A stretch of DNA of 64,000 nt from Amphiscolops sp. MND2022 (taxonomy: Eukaryota): positions 12,462,001-12,526,000 of the forward strand of contig OZ076412.1 of NCBI GenBank assembly GCA_964187785.1, read 5' to 3'. The notes under the pieces were generated by a model that saw only the letters and a list, made by a program, of their open reading frames with translations, was not told the origin of the DNA and ran no database searches. Positions 23,970 through 37,147 of the stretch are shown piece by piece. The stretch's first letter is position 1. Every line of letters starts with the position of its first letter. The translations under genes and the position numbers were made by a program.

Positions 23970-24635
23970 CAGTAGTGATATTTCTAAAAGCAACGAAAGG
24001 CAAATATCAAAAGAGAATGAATATCTCTAGAACAGCAGCGATTTTTGAGAAATGATAAAAGTGAAAGTTTCTTCGATTTTCGTCTAGCTTACAAATATGT
24101 TTGTTTGAAGAATATGCGATGAAATTTATAAAAGTTACGCTAGGCCATTTTTAGCTAAATTTAAGTCAGAATTAAGGTTTTTCTCACTTTTGGTCTACTT
24201 TTGCTCAAAAGTTTTGAGAAATTTTGTGGTTAATCGACCTCCTTGATTTAACTGAACCCTTTGATATGTTTTGACTTAGAAATCATCTTGAAATCGTAGA
24301 AAAAATGCGCTGTAAAAGTAGAATTTTTCAAAAATCATATATTCAGATATGATTTTGAAGTTTATCAACTTAAAACAAGCTCATACTAATACAATTTACA
24401 ATATTGTCGAGAGAAAACTATATTGCCAGATTCGGAATGTTTGGGAGAATTTTTTGTCAAAATTATTTTGAAATCAAAAAATTGTAAGTGGGTCAAAAAT
24501 TCAAAAACTAAAAAATGATGTTTTGGAAATCGCTCTCGACCAATGAATCGAACGCGTGAGACCTAGATCAGCCAATGATATTTGTTTATTTGCTTTCTTT
24601 CCGCCTGCTAGTTGCTTCTTCTAGAATCACTACTG
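23970..24635. mobile_element. Tc1/mariner-type MITE
   Basis: CAGTAGTGAT...ATCACTACTG terminal inverted repeat flanked by TA on both sides. A second, interrupted copy starts at 62794. Confidence 0.75.
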
Positions 24636-26768
24636 TAGTTTAGCTCAATTAAGCGTAACTAAGAATACTTTTTTTGGAATTCAGTGTTACTTCTCTGCTT
24701 GTTTTCATGAAAGTGAAAGCATCCAACGTCATCCACTGATTGAGATACATGGAAAATGTTGTTTTTCTAAAGCTTCGAATAGCAATTTTTCAACGCAACT
24801 CTTGATCTTTAACCCTGTTTGGTTATTCTATTATGTACTTTAAGAAAATTAAGACAATACCAGACGGCAATTTAGGAAAATATTCTTGGATTCTGTTGGA
24901 AACTTCTGTTACAAAATTCAAGATAAACAAGGTTAGCCTGTTATAGTCAAATTTCAGTGAAAGTGGGAAGTATTCAGGCGTCCAGCTATCATGCTCAAAC
25001 GTTCCCAAAAATTTCTATGATCAAACGACCATGGAATGTTTTGAGACTCTATTTGATTTCTTTTGATTCTATTACTCAATTTACTATTTATTACTCTATT
25101 TGTATTACTCTATTACTCTTTCTATTACTCTATTACACTATTTTTTTACCCTATATATTTATTACTCTATTTGATTTGATTTGATTTGATTGTGATACTA
25201 TTTGATTTCAGCAATGAATCCATTTTCTTGGAAATTTCGGCGTTTTCACGATAGAAAATTAATAAAACTTGGCACCCGCTCAAGAAGCCTGAAGGGTATT
25301 GAAGCACGTGACAAACTTCTATTTTGCCTCCATTGGGGTATTGTCCCGTAGGAGCGCTCTCGGTTTCTCTGAGATGCCCTCCGATCAATCCTACTCTTTA
25401 ATTGTTACTTGCAACACTGTTACTTTGTTACTTGCAACACTGGCAGGCATTTTACCTGCACAGAACCATCGTTCCAATAGCATTTGGAAACAGGGCAATA
25501 TCGAATTCTCGTATATCAACTTTGGTGTTGATCGTTGCATGACTAACATCGTTGTAGGACTCGTATGCAGGATCAGCCCGGGCTTATAAAGCCCAAGTAG
25601 CTATGTATATAGACAATGTATGAAAGCATCAAGCGAAGTTGTTTTCACATTTTCATTACTTTCCGCCCACATATATTGAGGAGGAAAATCATAATCTGTG
25701 TTGCGTTTTTTTCCAAATTCTGCAAAATCTCCGCCAGTTTCTTCGACCTCACCTATAGTTACTTGACTATTTTAGTTACTAGTAACTAAAATAGTAAAGT
25801 AACTAAAACAGCTTAGAGGGGGAATAATATCTGGAGTCAAAAACGGGAATAAAATCTATAGTGAATAAGATCTAAAATCAATGAATTTTAGATCGTATGT
25901 ATTAAATCCTACCCCCCTCCCAAAATTGCTATGGCTCAGTTGGCGAAGACGAAGAAGGCGGAAAATATCCCGGTGCTTAGCGGGCGTCTTGTTGAATATA
26001 AAACTCAAGTCCAACGGATTTTTTAAAAATTGAATCATTGCTTTGGGCGTTGCCCATGCTTCTCTTGATATAATTTTGGATTGATGCTTTCGACTATTTT
26101 TAAAGTTTAGCTTAATGTGAGTCGTTTAGCTTTTCATACTTGTATTCATGATGACATCCGTTATTGCGCCCACCAACGTGTCACTCCTCCTTTTTTCTTT
26201 TTTAAACCTCAAAGTTGCGTGTCGATTTTCCGATTAGCAATTGAAAATTGAAAGCCAGTTGTTTAGTTGCGATTATGGTTCACATTTTTATTATTTTTCT
26301 ATTTTTAAGATGCGTTTCCATACATCCACCGTTGATTCAACGGTATCCCGTTGGAGGTCAAAAACATCTGCTCTGCTATTTTATATTTTTCCCGCTGTGA
26401 CATGTAAGCAAAACCCAGCATATAATTTTTATAATGGTAGAAAACTTGGCCCCTTCTCGCTAATGGTTTTCGTCATCTCGTGATCGCGTTTTGGTCCAGA
26501 ACCCACCAAAATAAGCGCTTTTATCCTAACTCCAATTGGTCACGGTGTTGTGGATGTAATTCTTGCGTGTTTGTCATTGACGATAGATCTCTCTCCTAGG
26601 TAATTACCACCTTTTCGACATATTTCCGCCACCACAAGGTGGCTATGAAATTTTTGTATTTCTCCACAGACGTCATTGTTAGTCTTTGAGAACAGGTCCG
26701 GTCAGCTGTGTAGCCATAGGTCCATTGCACAACAGTTGCCTATTGGGCGCTGTCTGTATGGACGATTC

Positions 26769-27658
26769 CCCAGGTTTTCAATCTTTGCGAATCTGTAAAG
26801 ATCTGCAGGATTTTTTCTGCAGGGTTCTGCAAAGATCGTTGCACTGAATCTTGAAGATCCATACAGATCTGCAAGATCTTTACAGAAGTGTGCAGATCTG
26901 CAAGATCTTTACAGAAGTGTGCAGATTTTTTTAAAGATTTCTGCAGAAATATATTTTTCTGCAGCTTCTAAGGAACCAATATACTGATTTTTGGACTTCT
27001 TCAACTACTTCATCGAGCATTTTAGCTGACCTAAGGTCAGTCAGTTGAAACTCTCCATCACTCAAAAGTCTTGAGAAGGAAAATTTGTCCCCATCACGAA
27101 AACTTTTGTGACGTGAGAAAATGCAGTTTTGGTAAAACACGGTAATTTATCCATTTCACTCGAACTTTCCAGAAGTGATTGTTGAATTTTAAGAGGCTCG
27201 TTTGTCATATTGACTTCGTTTTGGCCGGTAATATTTGACATGTGGCAACCATCTGGGTTGGTCGATGTGTTGATGAAAAGTATTTTTTGTAATATTTCCG
27301 CAACATAGTTTGTTGGAGTTTTTTTAGTAATTGCTGTTAACTTGGAATACGTTATAGTAATTGTTTGGCTCTGTAAAAATCTGTAAAGATCTGCAAAACT
27401 CTACAGATCTGTACAGATTGCTGCAGAAAAATGTTTCATCATTTTGCCATAAATGAGACTTCTCTCCAGTTTTAAACACTTTTAATATTAGTTTGACATC
27501 TCTGTGGGGTTTTTATTGTATTTCTGAGTACGTCAGTTTTTTTCGAATCTGCACATATCTGCAAAGATCTGCAAAAATTCTGCAGATCTGCACATATCTG
27601 CAAAGATCTGCAAAAATCCTGCAGATCTGCACAGATTCGCAAAGATCGAAAACCTGGG
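26769..27658. mobile_element. MITE with CCC...GGG termini and GCAGATCTGC-type subterminal repeats
   Basis: ~46-bp TIR CCCAGGTTTTC(A/G)ATCTTTGCGAATCTGT..AGATCTGCAGGATTTT; 2-bp TSD TC. This fits CMC/EnSpm-like non-autonomous elements (inference). Confidence 0.85.
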
Positions 27659-27720
27659 TCTCCATTTCTCAGATTTTCTCTCTCCATTTCTCAGATTTTC
27701 TCTCTCCATTTCTCAGATTT
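27659..27720 (+). repeat. 22-bp tandem repeat (~2.8 copies)
   Basis: Unit TCTCCATTTCTCAGATTTTCTC. Confidence 0.85.
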
Positions 27721-28396
27721 GTGTTGGGATTTTCTTTCATGGTTACGAGGTAGTCTCCAATGAATGGTCGTCGAGGATACCCTCAGTTGTTCTTCTGAAT
27801 GTGTCATATAGAAAACAGCCCTTTCTATAAAAACGAGTTCTTTTCGGAGAATGTACTTTAGTTTTTTATTCAGTTTTTTATAATATAAGCAAACGCTTCT
27901 TCAATGTACTATATTGGCAGGTACGTAACTTACACAGAGAATTTAATTACATATTCTCAGTCTAAAATTCGCAAGCTGTTACGCTCTACTTCAAAGTTGT
28001 AAATATATGTGTTGAGTGATGATGATCTTTGTCAAATACAACGTTCCAAGACTAGACAAAAATTTTCGTATACAACTTTAACTTGAAATATTTTCTGAAA
28101 TTTGCCTGATTTTAGTTGGATTATCAGCTGGGAAAACTCTTTAAAAAACTCTCGAGACCCTTCTAGAAAAATTGTGGTAGATGTTGTTTTTCGTTTTGAC
28201 GAATTTTAAAAATTATTACTTATGTTGAAAAATATGTTGAATCAACTCATACATTAGTAAGTGAGAAACATTTACAGTACCCCCATTAGTCACGTTTTTT
28301 TTCGAGATTTCAACAATGTTTCTGAGGTGAAAACTTCACGAGGTGAACACTTCACGAGGTGAACATTGAAAATTGAGGCGAATGAATGGTGTTTAG

Positions 28397-28623
28397 TTTA
28401 CCCCTGGACGCAAGTTCTTCTCTCAACCCTCGCTTCCGATCTGGGGGGTGCTGGACTCTTGTGTGGAAGAAGCGACGGGCGTGTCGTGGAACTGTTCCGT
28501 GGGCAGCACAATGAGGAGCTACTCGGCCAGCTGGGTGCCCAACACAAACCTGCAACTCGTAGTCGTCACAGAGGCCACCACTGACGACTGGTGCTGGCAG
28601 GGATACGTCATCCCCACCCCCAA
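28397..28623 (+). CDS. CACNA2D: Penultimate coding exon of a voltage-gated calcium channel alpha2-delta-like gene
   Basis: TTTAG acceptor and GTTAGT donor. WGVLDSC..NCS..RSYSASWVPNTNLQLVVV resembles the alpha2-delta C-terminus (GVLDCGNCSR..TNL.F.MV). Phase 2 matches the next exon. Confidence 0.75.
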
Positions 28624-28631
28624 GTTAGTTG

Positions 28632-29092
28632 TTAGTCGGCGTTTTCCAAGAAAATGCACCACTCTTACAGTGGCTAGTTTTTTTCGTCAGTTCAACGCGA
28701 TCGGTCCACTTTGAACTACGGACGTCCAAAAAATGCTCGAAACGCCAGAACCTCGTCCAAAACAAAAACATCGACGTCCAGAACCTCGAAAACATAGGAT
28801 CCCCCCTTTGGTGTTTTTCACGCGGATTTTTTCGCCACTATGCGACTTTTTTTGAACTTTTTTGGATTTCACCAAAGGGTCTCCCCTTCGTTTGTTTCGA
28901 TATTTTGCAACACAATGGATGTCAAAAATTCCCAAAGGGTCCCTCTTTTTACATTTTTTGGCACTGTGACTCTGTTCAAAGGTCTCATTTTCAATTTTTT
29001 TTCCGGAAATTTTTTAAAATCTCCCAAGGGTCCCCTCTTTTACAATTTTGAGCCTTAGATATAGCACTGATTTTGGCCGTTCCCGGCTTGTT
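28632..29092 (-). mobile_element. Helentron/HINE-like non-autonomous repeat
   Basis: AACAAG.CGGGAAC 5' end and CGCCGACTAA 3' end (reverse orientation); same family as 60760-61169. Confidence 0.55.
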
Positions 29093-29583
29093 AAACCTAA
29101 ACCCTAGTCAAACCTGCCGGAGAGTTTTCCTTGTTGCAACCATGCATACATTCTACATTTTTGATAAACAGAAAATACTGAAAGCACGCATGGAAAAATT
29201 TTCTAAACCTCCCATGCAACCTGCAAAATCTTCTAAGCATATCCATGCACATTTGAAAAAATATAGCTGCAGCCTAGAAAAAGCTTGAAAAAATCCAAGC
29301 AATTTTACAGGAAAATTTCGAGAAAAAAGGCTAAAAAGGCTGGTTTGAGGGCCCACACGAATCTACATCTCGTCAAAACAACTGGTCGAATTGACAACGC
29401 GAAAAAGCAAAACGCCAAAAATTCTGCGGCTGAAAACTTGTTGCAAGCACATAAACTCAATTTAGCCAAATAAAATGCTAATTTTGTTCTACTATTGTAA
29501 TGCTAACAAAATTATCACACAATAAACTATCGAAGTGAGACATTTCGAGCAATTATACTCTATTTAATTTGGATTTTTTCCAG

Positions 29584-29791
29584 ACAATACCAGCGCCGAG
29601 AGTATGACATCTGCAACCAGCCCAAGTATCACCGGGACCCTCCAAACATGACATGCCCGGCCGACCATCACCTTGAAGAGGAGGTATACAAGAAGTGTGG
29701 GGGCTCCCACACCCTTTTTCCGCCTCCCTTCAAAGTATTACCTGCGTTTTTCCTCATTATCCAAACCCTTTCGAGCCTAATTCTTCGCTAG
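29584..29791 (+). CDS. CACNA2D: Terminal coding exon of the alpha2-delta-like gene
   Basis: TTCCAG acceptor, phase 2. Reads QYQRREYDICNQPKYHRDPPNMTC...EEEVYKKCGG plus a hydrophobic tail to the stop, matching alpha2-delta QPRYRKGPDVC..EDYTDCGG and its GPI-anchor signal. Confidence 0.8.
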
Positions 29792-30570
29792 CTGTTCAGC
29801 TGACAAAGTCGTTTGCTTTCCTCGCGTTGCAAATAGTTCCGAATTACAATTATGATTACATATCTTTTCATACTTTTATAAACAAATTTCGATTTTTGCT
29901 CCAATGATTTTTTGATTTGCTGATGAATAAATTCTGCGGATTATGGATTATAAATTTATTGAAGCAACTTCATGAGTTCAATTTCACTGCGTTACATTCC
30001 AACAGTTTTTACATTCATAAAAGAGACTATAGTGCCTCCCTAAAAATACAGCCTAAAAACTCGGTAACCAGTTCGTGAACTTTGGTTACAGGAGGTTACC
30101 ATGTCCGACATCTCGATTTCCAATCTAGAATTCATCGTTCCTCTTACAATGATCATGCTATGTTCACACTATGCAACATGATGGATCATACTATGAAACA
30201 TGATGACAATAGTATGATCATACTATAAAACATGGTTGCCATGGTACGGTCCTGGCATGATCATGATCAAAGAAGGACTATGAGTAAAACCACCCAGAAA
30301 TGTGATGTTCACGCTACCAAATATACATCACCATCACTTTGCCCGCTGCATTTTTCTGACTATATTAAAGCTCCTCGTTTTTGGCCCATTGGGTTACTTG
30401 TGAGTACATTCGCCTCTAACTTGTTGATATGGCGACAATTAGCAAATGAAAAACACACAGACCTTTTCGATCTTTAGCTATTAAAGTTAAAGAACAGCTT
30501 TAAGGTAATGATTAAATGACTACTTGATTAGGAGAATGGTACCATACCTTGATCTGGGGAAATAGTAATT

Positions 30571-30670
30571 TACCGAAACGTTACTGAAGATGTAGTACCG
30601 GAACGTTACTGAAGATGTAGTACCGGAACGTTACTGAAGTTTTAGTACCGGAACGTTACTGAAGATGTAG
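30571..30670 (+). repeat. 4 x 25-bp tandem repeat at the 5' end of the decayed LINE
   Basis: Unit TACCGGAACGTTACTGAAGATGTAG; the last unit reads into the LINE ORF1 frame (RNVTEDVVRIVK). Confidence 0.9.
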
Positions 30671-33560
30671 TCCGCATTGTGAAGACAGCACTGGGAGTAC
30701 AAATGGACAGTTCTGCCCTTGCTGCGTGCCACCCATTGGAGAGGATAGATGGTGCAGGACAACCTCAGGCAATCATAGCTAAGTTTCTCTATTTTGATTT
30801 CAAAAATAGGATTTGGGGAAGAAAAAACTATTGAGTTGTTACCGAAACCAGTTGAATGGGCGCCCAGTTTTTCTCGATGAAAAACTAACGAAGGGCCGAT
30901 AAAGACTTATGGATTATGCTCGAGAAAAAGGTGGAAAAACTCAAAAATTCAATAGCCAACCGCAAGTTCTTGTGCAAACAGCGAATGGTTTTAGGGCGCA
31001 GACAATCACGAGTAAAGACGCTGTTGACGAGTTACTGGAAGAAAGCAAAATCCTTTTTACCAGAACAAACGCCGAAAAACCAACATCTTCGTTCAATACA
31101 AGAATGGAAATGAAAAGCCATTCCGGCAAGCACCTTTCCAAATTAGAAGCCCTAATAATGATGTCGATATATTCAAACAACTGGAATCATTCAGAGGCGA
31201 CAATGACAAAATGCTGGACTATGTTAAAGGTCTTCTGGACAAATTGCCTGCGAATAAACTCTTGCATCAAGACGGTGACTGAAATGATTTACAAATCCTG
31301 CAGCGACTACACTCAAACTTTTGACAAATCTGTTAAATCTATCATGTGTCAAACTTCGACATTGTTTGCTGAGAACCCGGATAGTGTTGGAACAGAAAAT
31401 GATTTTTCTGTTTAGATTATCATTTTGAAAACTTTTTGGTATTACTAGAAACTTTGGATATAAACCTGATATAATGGCAATTACAGAAACTTGGATGACA
31501 GAAAATGACCCTTCAGAAGAATTTCAAATTAATGGATACCAGCCCATTGTTTCGAATCCACGTGAAAAATTAAACGGCGATCAGGCACAGTTGCATTTTA
31601 TATCAAAGAAGGAATAGACTATGAGCCAAAAAAACTTCCATTGATATTGAGTGCCAGCTAATCAGAGTGAAATATGACCACGATGTCGCCAAAGTTTTTC
31701 GTGTAATCTATCGTCTTGATACGTTCATGCTGACAAAATGTTTACAAAAATTTTACTAATTACCTTACAGAAAGTTTTATATTCGGTGACTTCAATATAA
31801 ACACATTAATCACGGATAATAACAAAGTCAATTATGAAAATACTCTCAATTCATGTTATTGCAAAATAAAGAATTGTCTACCAACTATAGTTACACCAAC
31901 AACGAAAAGTTGTTTAGATCACTGGATTGCGGGTGATGAGATGTGCACGCAAACGATTGAAACAACTATAATTGATCATTTCACTGTTGCGGCATCAATT
32001 TTCTTCTCGTAAATCATACAAAAAAGACCTGGAAAAGAAAAAGGTCAAAAAATGAAGAACTTGAAAGGCGAAAATGCATTGAAATTGTTCTTGCCACTCG
32101 ATCAAAAGCTTAAAGCAATTCAATCAACACCATGCACTGAAAAAGCTTGAAACAATTCAACCAGCACCATGCACTGAAATGCGGTCCCAGATGATGTGCG
32201 AAAAAATGATTGAATGTATCAATATGTTTGCACAGGAAAAAGAAGTTGTTTTTAAAAATGAAACGAACTCGTGGATTACCAACGAAATCAAAAACGCAAT
32301 GGTCAAACGAGATTGCCTCTTCCGAAAATGAGTTGAAATTCCAAACTCCAAAAATCATATCGAATATAAATCAACGTAATGTAGTAACCCAAAAAATACG
32401 ACGTGCAAAAAAGGAAGCTATTTTCAAAAAACTAGGTCCTAAGCCAAGTCCAAAGCATATTTATCGGACTTTAAAATCAAAAACCTTCAACATTTGCGAC
32501 CGCATTGTACTGTTTTGCCTGATCTTGACCATTTAAATAACTACTTTGTGTCTGTTGGTCAAATTCATCCAAGTAACCTATAATAGAGAACAATGCTAAA
32601 ATCGCCAACAAAACAGAAACCATGTTCGTGTATCCCACTGATGAGTTCGAAGTTTCGAATATACTTGAAAACATGAAGAATAAGAAAAGTACTGGTGAAG
32701 ATCGGATGAATAATGAGATGTCAAAGTGTTGCTCTCTCATAATTGAACCTCATGTTGCAACATTGTTCAACAACTGTTTTGGTGAAGGGAGTTTTCCCAT
32801 TGCTTCAAAACAGCTAAAGTAATACCATTATATAAAAAAGGTGATCGCAAAGACGCTGGAAAATATAAACCAATCAGCCTTTTAAGTTCATTGAGCAAAG
32901 TTTTCAAAAAACTGTTGTACAAAAGAATGATGAAGATTGGGGGTCAAATAACCTTCTACATGGAGCCCAGTTTGGGTTTAGATCTAAAATGTCTTGCGTT
33001 CATGGAATTACCACTGTTACTGAATACATAAGAGCAGCTATAGAAATGAAGCAGTTAGGTCAATCTTGTTTTATTGATTTGCAAAAATCTTTAGATACAC
33101 TCAATCATGAAATACTTTTTCATAAAATGGAAAAATACGATCTCAGAGGGAAAATCTTGAGCCTTATTGCCAGTTTTTTAAAAGACAGGCGTCAATTTGT
33201 ATATCATAATGGGAGAACAACATGAAAACGACTGACTAGTACGGGTGTCCCACATGAATCTCTGTTAGGTCCATTTCTTTTTCTTTTATACATAAATGAT
33301 CTACCGACTGTCATTAATGAAAGTCAAGTAACCATGTTTGCTGATGATACAAGTCTCTTGAAAGGTGGGAAGAAAGGCGAACATTTATTACAACCAGGTG
33401 TTGAAAGAATATCAAACTGTTTTATTAGTAACAAATTAACCATCAATGTCGGGAAATGTGAAGTTTTTCATTATGCATTGGAGTTCCACAAGAGCCTCAA
33501 ATTTTGGAGATACCTTTGACTTACAAAAAGTCATGCAAATACATAGGGCTGCATCTAGCA
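30571..33560 (+). mobile_element. Decayed, truncated CR1/L2-group LINE (ORF1 remnant, APE, RT)
   Basis: ORF1 remnant LAACHPL..IIAKF resembles 58962-59972. APE motifs AITETW and GDFNIN. RT motifs FIDLQKSLDTLNH, GVPHESLLGPFLF and FADDT. Many frameshifts. Confidence 0.9.
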
Positions 33561-33700
33561 GTGTCCCCCTTTCAATTTATTTGATATTTTGCAACAAACT
33601 GGATTCTCAAAAAACCCGAAGGGTCCCGCTTTTACAGGTTTAAAAACTGCGCTTTCTGAGCCTCAGATATAGCGCCGAGTTTAGATGTTCCCGTCTTGTT
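33561..33700 (-). repeat. 5' fragment of the HINE-like family, truncating the LINE
   Basis: Ends GATGTTCCCGTCTTGTT, the reverse complement of AACAAGACGGGAACATC. Similar fragments start at 37229 and 37876. Confidence 0.55.
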
Positions 33701-36700
33701 TTAGTATGGGAATATATATATTTCATATGAGAATGATCATGCCAAAATCTTTGAACTGTTTCCCAAAAAAACATATGATTCTAGGGTTTTCTTCATTCAT
33801 CCAGTTATTGGGTTCTAAGGGCAGAGACTTGACGAGCAGTCCTAAAAAACCAAGATTTTCAAATATGCAAAGGAAACTATTATTGTTTATGCGATTTACA
33901 GTGCCGAAATTATCCTGAAAGAATGCGCACAAAACTCGAAAACCGTTTTCCCCAACTAGAAACATCAAAAGGTGACTAACCGGGCCTCTCATTGGACAGA
34001 GACAACTGGAGTTTGTTCGATCAGGGTCGTCGCAAACTCGACTAGGACAACGGCGTAATTGATGATGAATAGTATATGAATCAGGAGCTCTACTCTCAGA
34101 GCGAGACTTCGGTTGATTCTAAAATTATTTCTAAGAAAATTTTGTATCTATAACTTTCATGAATCTATGACAGAATAAACCAGGACAATCATTAGGTTGT
34201 TTTCGAGGTACATCGTGCTTTGCTCGAATATTCTAAAACTTTTCTATTTTGTCACTTTTTTTCAAAAAGAACTTGAAAGAACTTGCTTGAGCGTTTTTCT
34301 ACCACTTTTTGCCAAAAGGTACTAGATTCCGGTGAAACCTGGAAATAAAATTCCACTCGGCAAGGATGTTTACGTAGTTTCACTTCCACTTGGTGTCGCT
34401 TGCGAAGCCAGTCTACTCAGATTCCGAAATTGTTTGAAGTTTAAAAAAGTTTTTGCTTTCTGCTTTTTCTCCAATTTTTGGAACAAATTATCACTAGGTA
34501 GTAGGTAGTCTCCATTTTGCTTTTGTGACACTTTCAAAGAACGTTATTTAATAATTTGGGCACTTTGCACCTTCCATGAGGAAAGGTTTTATATCTCTAT
34601 CTAAATCTTACCTTCAATTGTTGAGGCATTCTGTTAAACAATGGTCTGAAAGCGTTTTTTGTGTATTTTTTCTTTTCTAAACGATTTTCCTTTCTAAAAC
34701 AAGTCCTCCTGATGGCGAGAGATCCTATCTATTCAATAACAAAGCCAAGTTCTCTATTTTTTCAATTTGGAATATTTCAGTTCCATTTTCTAGTATGACG
34801 CCTTTTCAGGGTATAACTTTAGTGTTCTTTCAACTTGAACATTATTATAACTGGTTTCCGTAATAACATTAAACAATAAAACGACCTTCATCCAAATTAT
34901 CAACGCTGATCCCAATTTTTTTTCAATTTTTTGAGAATTGTCATTTCGGAACTCTATTTGGAAAAGTGCGTGAACGAAATTTCATACCAAATAGGACTGT
35001 TTCATGAAAACTTTTTCCGTAACTTTATTTTCCTAAAAATTAAGGTCCGAAGGCGTGTCAGCAGAACACACGAAAAACTTGCAGTGCTGCTGCACCTCTT
35101 GTACGTTCTTTGATTCAGCGTGTTTGTTTTTAATCTCTTTTGCGCTGAAGTCTGCCTAGGGAAACTTTTTACACTTTGTAACAGCAAGCAGTAACCGGTC
35201 GCTTAACTGGAGGTGGAGGCGCTCATCGCCACAAGTCTATTTTGCTTCACGAGGTTGAAACAAGTCCCGTCAGGGAGGGTGTCCCGCTTCTCTGGAGTAT
35301 TCGCCGACCTATCCCAGTCTGTTGCTGCTGATGACAACGGGAATCATTTCTGTCCCGATGACCACCGCTTAAAGAGCTTCTAGAAATGGTGTCGAAGATA
35401 ACAAGTGACTTTCCGTTCCGCATACAAGAATAGTACAGTCAACAATTTGTAAACTTTGTTACGCTCTACCAACACACCAAAAACCATAAACTCTTTTTAA
35501 TATTTTACAAGCGATTAACGACACGGCTAGTAGACTGAGGGAAACCGAACGCGAATCTGAGGTTCCGGAAATTTGAGCTTCCGGTTGGAATGAAAAAGCT
35601 GATATTCATTCAATTTTTGTTTATAAAACTTGATTTGAAAAATGTTGTCAACTTGGCCGTAAAAGACTGTAGCTCTCGAGCTAAAACATCAAACAAATAC
35701 AATAAAGTACAGCATCATATTGGAAACATACGACAATAAGGGGCCATGGCAACCATATACAAGGAAATAAACAGGATTAAACCATAAGATTCATAATTAA
35801 GAGTTCATTACAAAAAGTAGAAACATGCTAAGGTTTGCGAAAAGTAGTTTTCATTCAGTCGCAGCTCTATTAGCACTTGCTAGTTGAGTCCTTTTGCGGT
35901 TTTCTTCCGTGCTTCTTGTTTTCTCGGACTCTGCTCGCGCTTGTGGTGCACCGCTTTCTTCAATTCGAGAGGTAGGTGCTTTAAGCAAACATGCGCGGTG
36001 TCCACGTCACTTTGGGTGACTTCGAACTTTTCAGATCCTAATTTTCGATAATGCGGTTATCAACTGTTTGTCAGAGGGAGGGTGACGTTACAATTGCTAA
36101 ATAGTTTGGACTTGTGTCCTATGAGAGACATTGATATAGTTTTGACGTTTTTCCTCGTAGTTTCCTCTGTTGATTTTATTACATTGACAGTAAATATCGA
36201 TTCACTGCTTTAGCATAGGCTCTCACCATTTTAACTTAGATGAGACATCTTTTCGCCTTGAGCCTGTGGGTGTCATCTTAGCGCGCCTACGCTTTTTTCC
36301 AAAGTGGAGGCAGGCTTTTATGCTGAATTTACTTTATAGTTAATTTTACTTCTGGCAATGCAACGTAGTTTATAACTCTCACGTTCTTATACAAACAAGT
36401 AAAACCCTGTTTTGTCAGTACTTTAAAAACAATTTTACGGTCAATTTTCGAAAATTTGTTGTTCTAATTCAATATTTTGACGAATTTGTGATTGTAATGC
36501 GGCCTATTATTAATTCTTGATAATGTTTTTTGCATGTTTTTTGTATAAGAGTTTCCTTCCATCGCTGTCGGACGTTTCGATAAATTTCATTCCAAAAAAA
36601 ATACGAAGGAGATCATGTAAATCTGGAAACCCTATTATTAGCGGCTTCAATGAATCTATCAAATGTTCAACACGGATATTGGGTGTTGAAAAATTCTCTG

Positions 36701-37000
36701 TCAAATTTTTCTCGCGAGTTTTTATTTCGTGCCAAATCTACAAAATAATGCATTTTCCTTGGATCCCTTGAAAGAATCTTACAAGATTTTTTCTTCAAAT
36801 ACAAATGGGCTCATTTTGAATTTTCAAAATGGACAATAAATCTGACCATGAAATATGGTTGTTATTACATTCTGTATTCGCTCTGCAATTTTACTACTAA
36901 CAATCAAATGAAAATTTAGACAATTTGCCATATAAATTTAATGTCTAAATCGAAAACGAAGAAACATTATTGATCTGACTGAATGCATCATTCGTATTTG

Positions 37001-37147
37001 TCATGAAAACGTGTTAGTTCTAGTCTCCTTCCACTGTAGCAGAGAGAACACATGTTCCGGTGAGTTGGCTTCGATCTGCTGACACACACAACTCCACATT
37101 TGGTGAGCAGAGTTGATCGCAATTTGCACTTTGGATTCTTGAAGCGC
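37001..37147 (-). CDS. TTC29: Terminal coding exon of TTC29-like TPR gene
   Basis: Polypyrimidine-CAG acceptor, phase 0. ALQESKVQIAINSAHQMWSCVCQQIEANSPEHVFSLLQWKETR aligns with the TTC29 C-terminus as recalled (ETKVHYGIAKAHQMM..IE..LLSWKESR). Confidence 0.8.
   Translation of the reverse strand, partial: ALQESKVQIAINSAHQMWSCVCQQIEANSPEHVFSLLQWKETRTNTFS

Noticed and set aside
25860-26760. GC-richer stretch as host exons or a transposase remnant
   Set aside because: No sustained frame or recognisable motif on either strand; it only shares a 29-nt repeat end with 21623-21651.
29684-29690. Splice donor GTATAC ending the alpha2-delta exon
   Set aside because: Reading through gives VYKKCGG plus a hydrophobic tail and stop, which matches the known alpha2-delta C-terminus.
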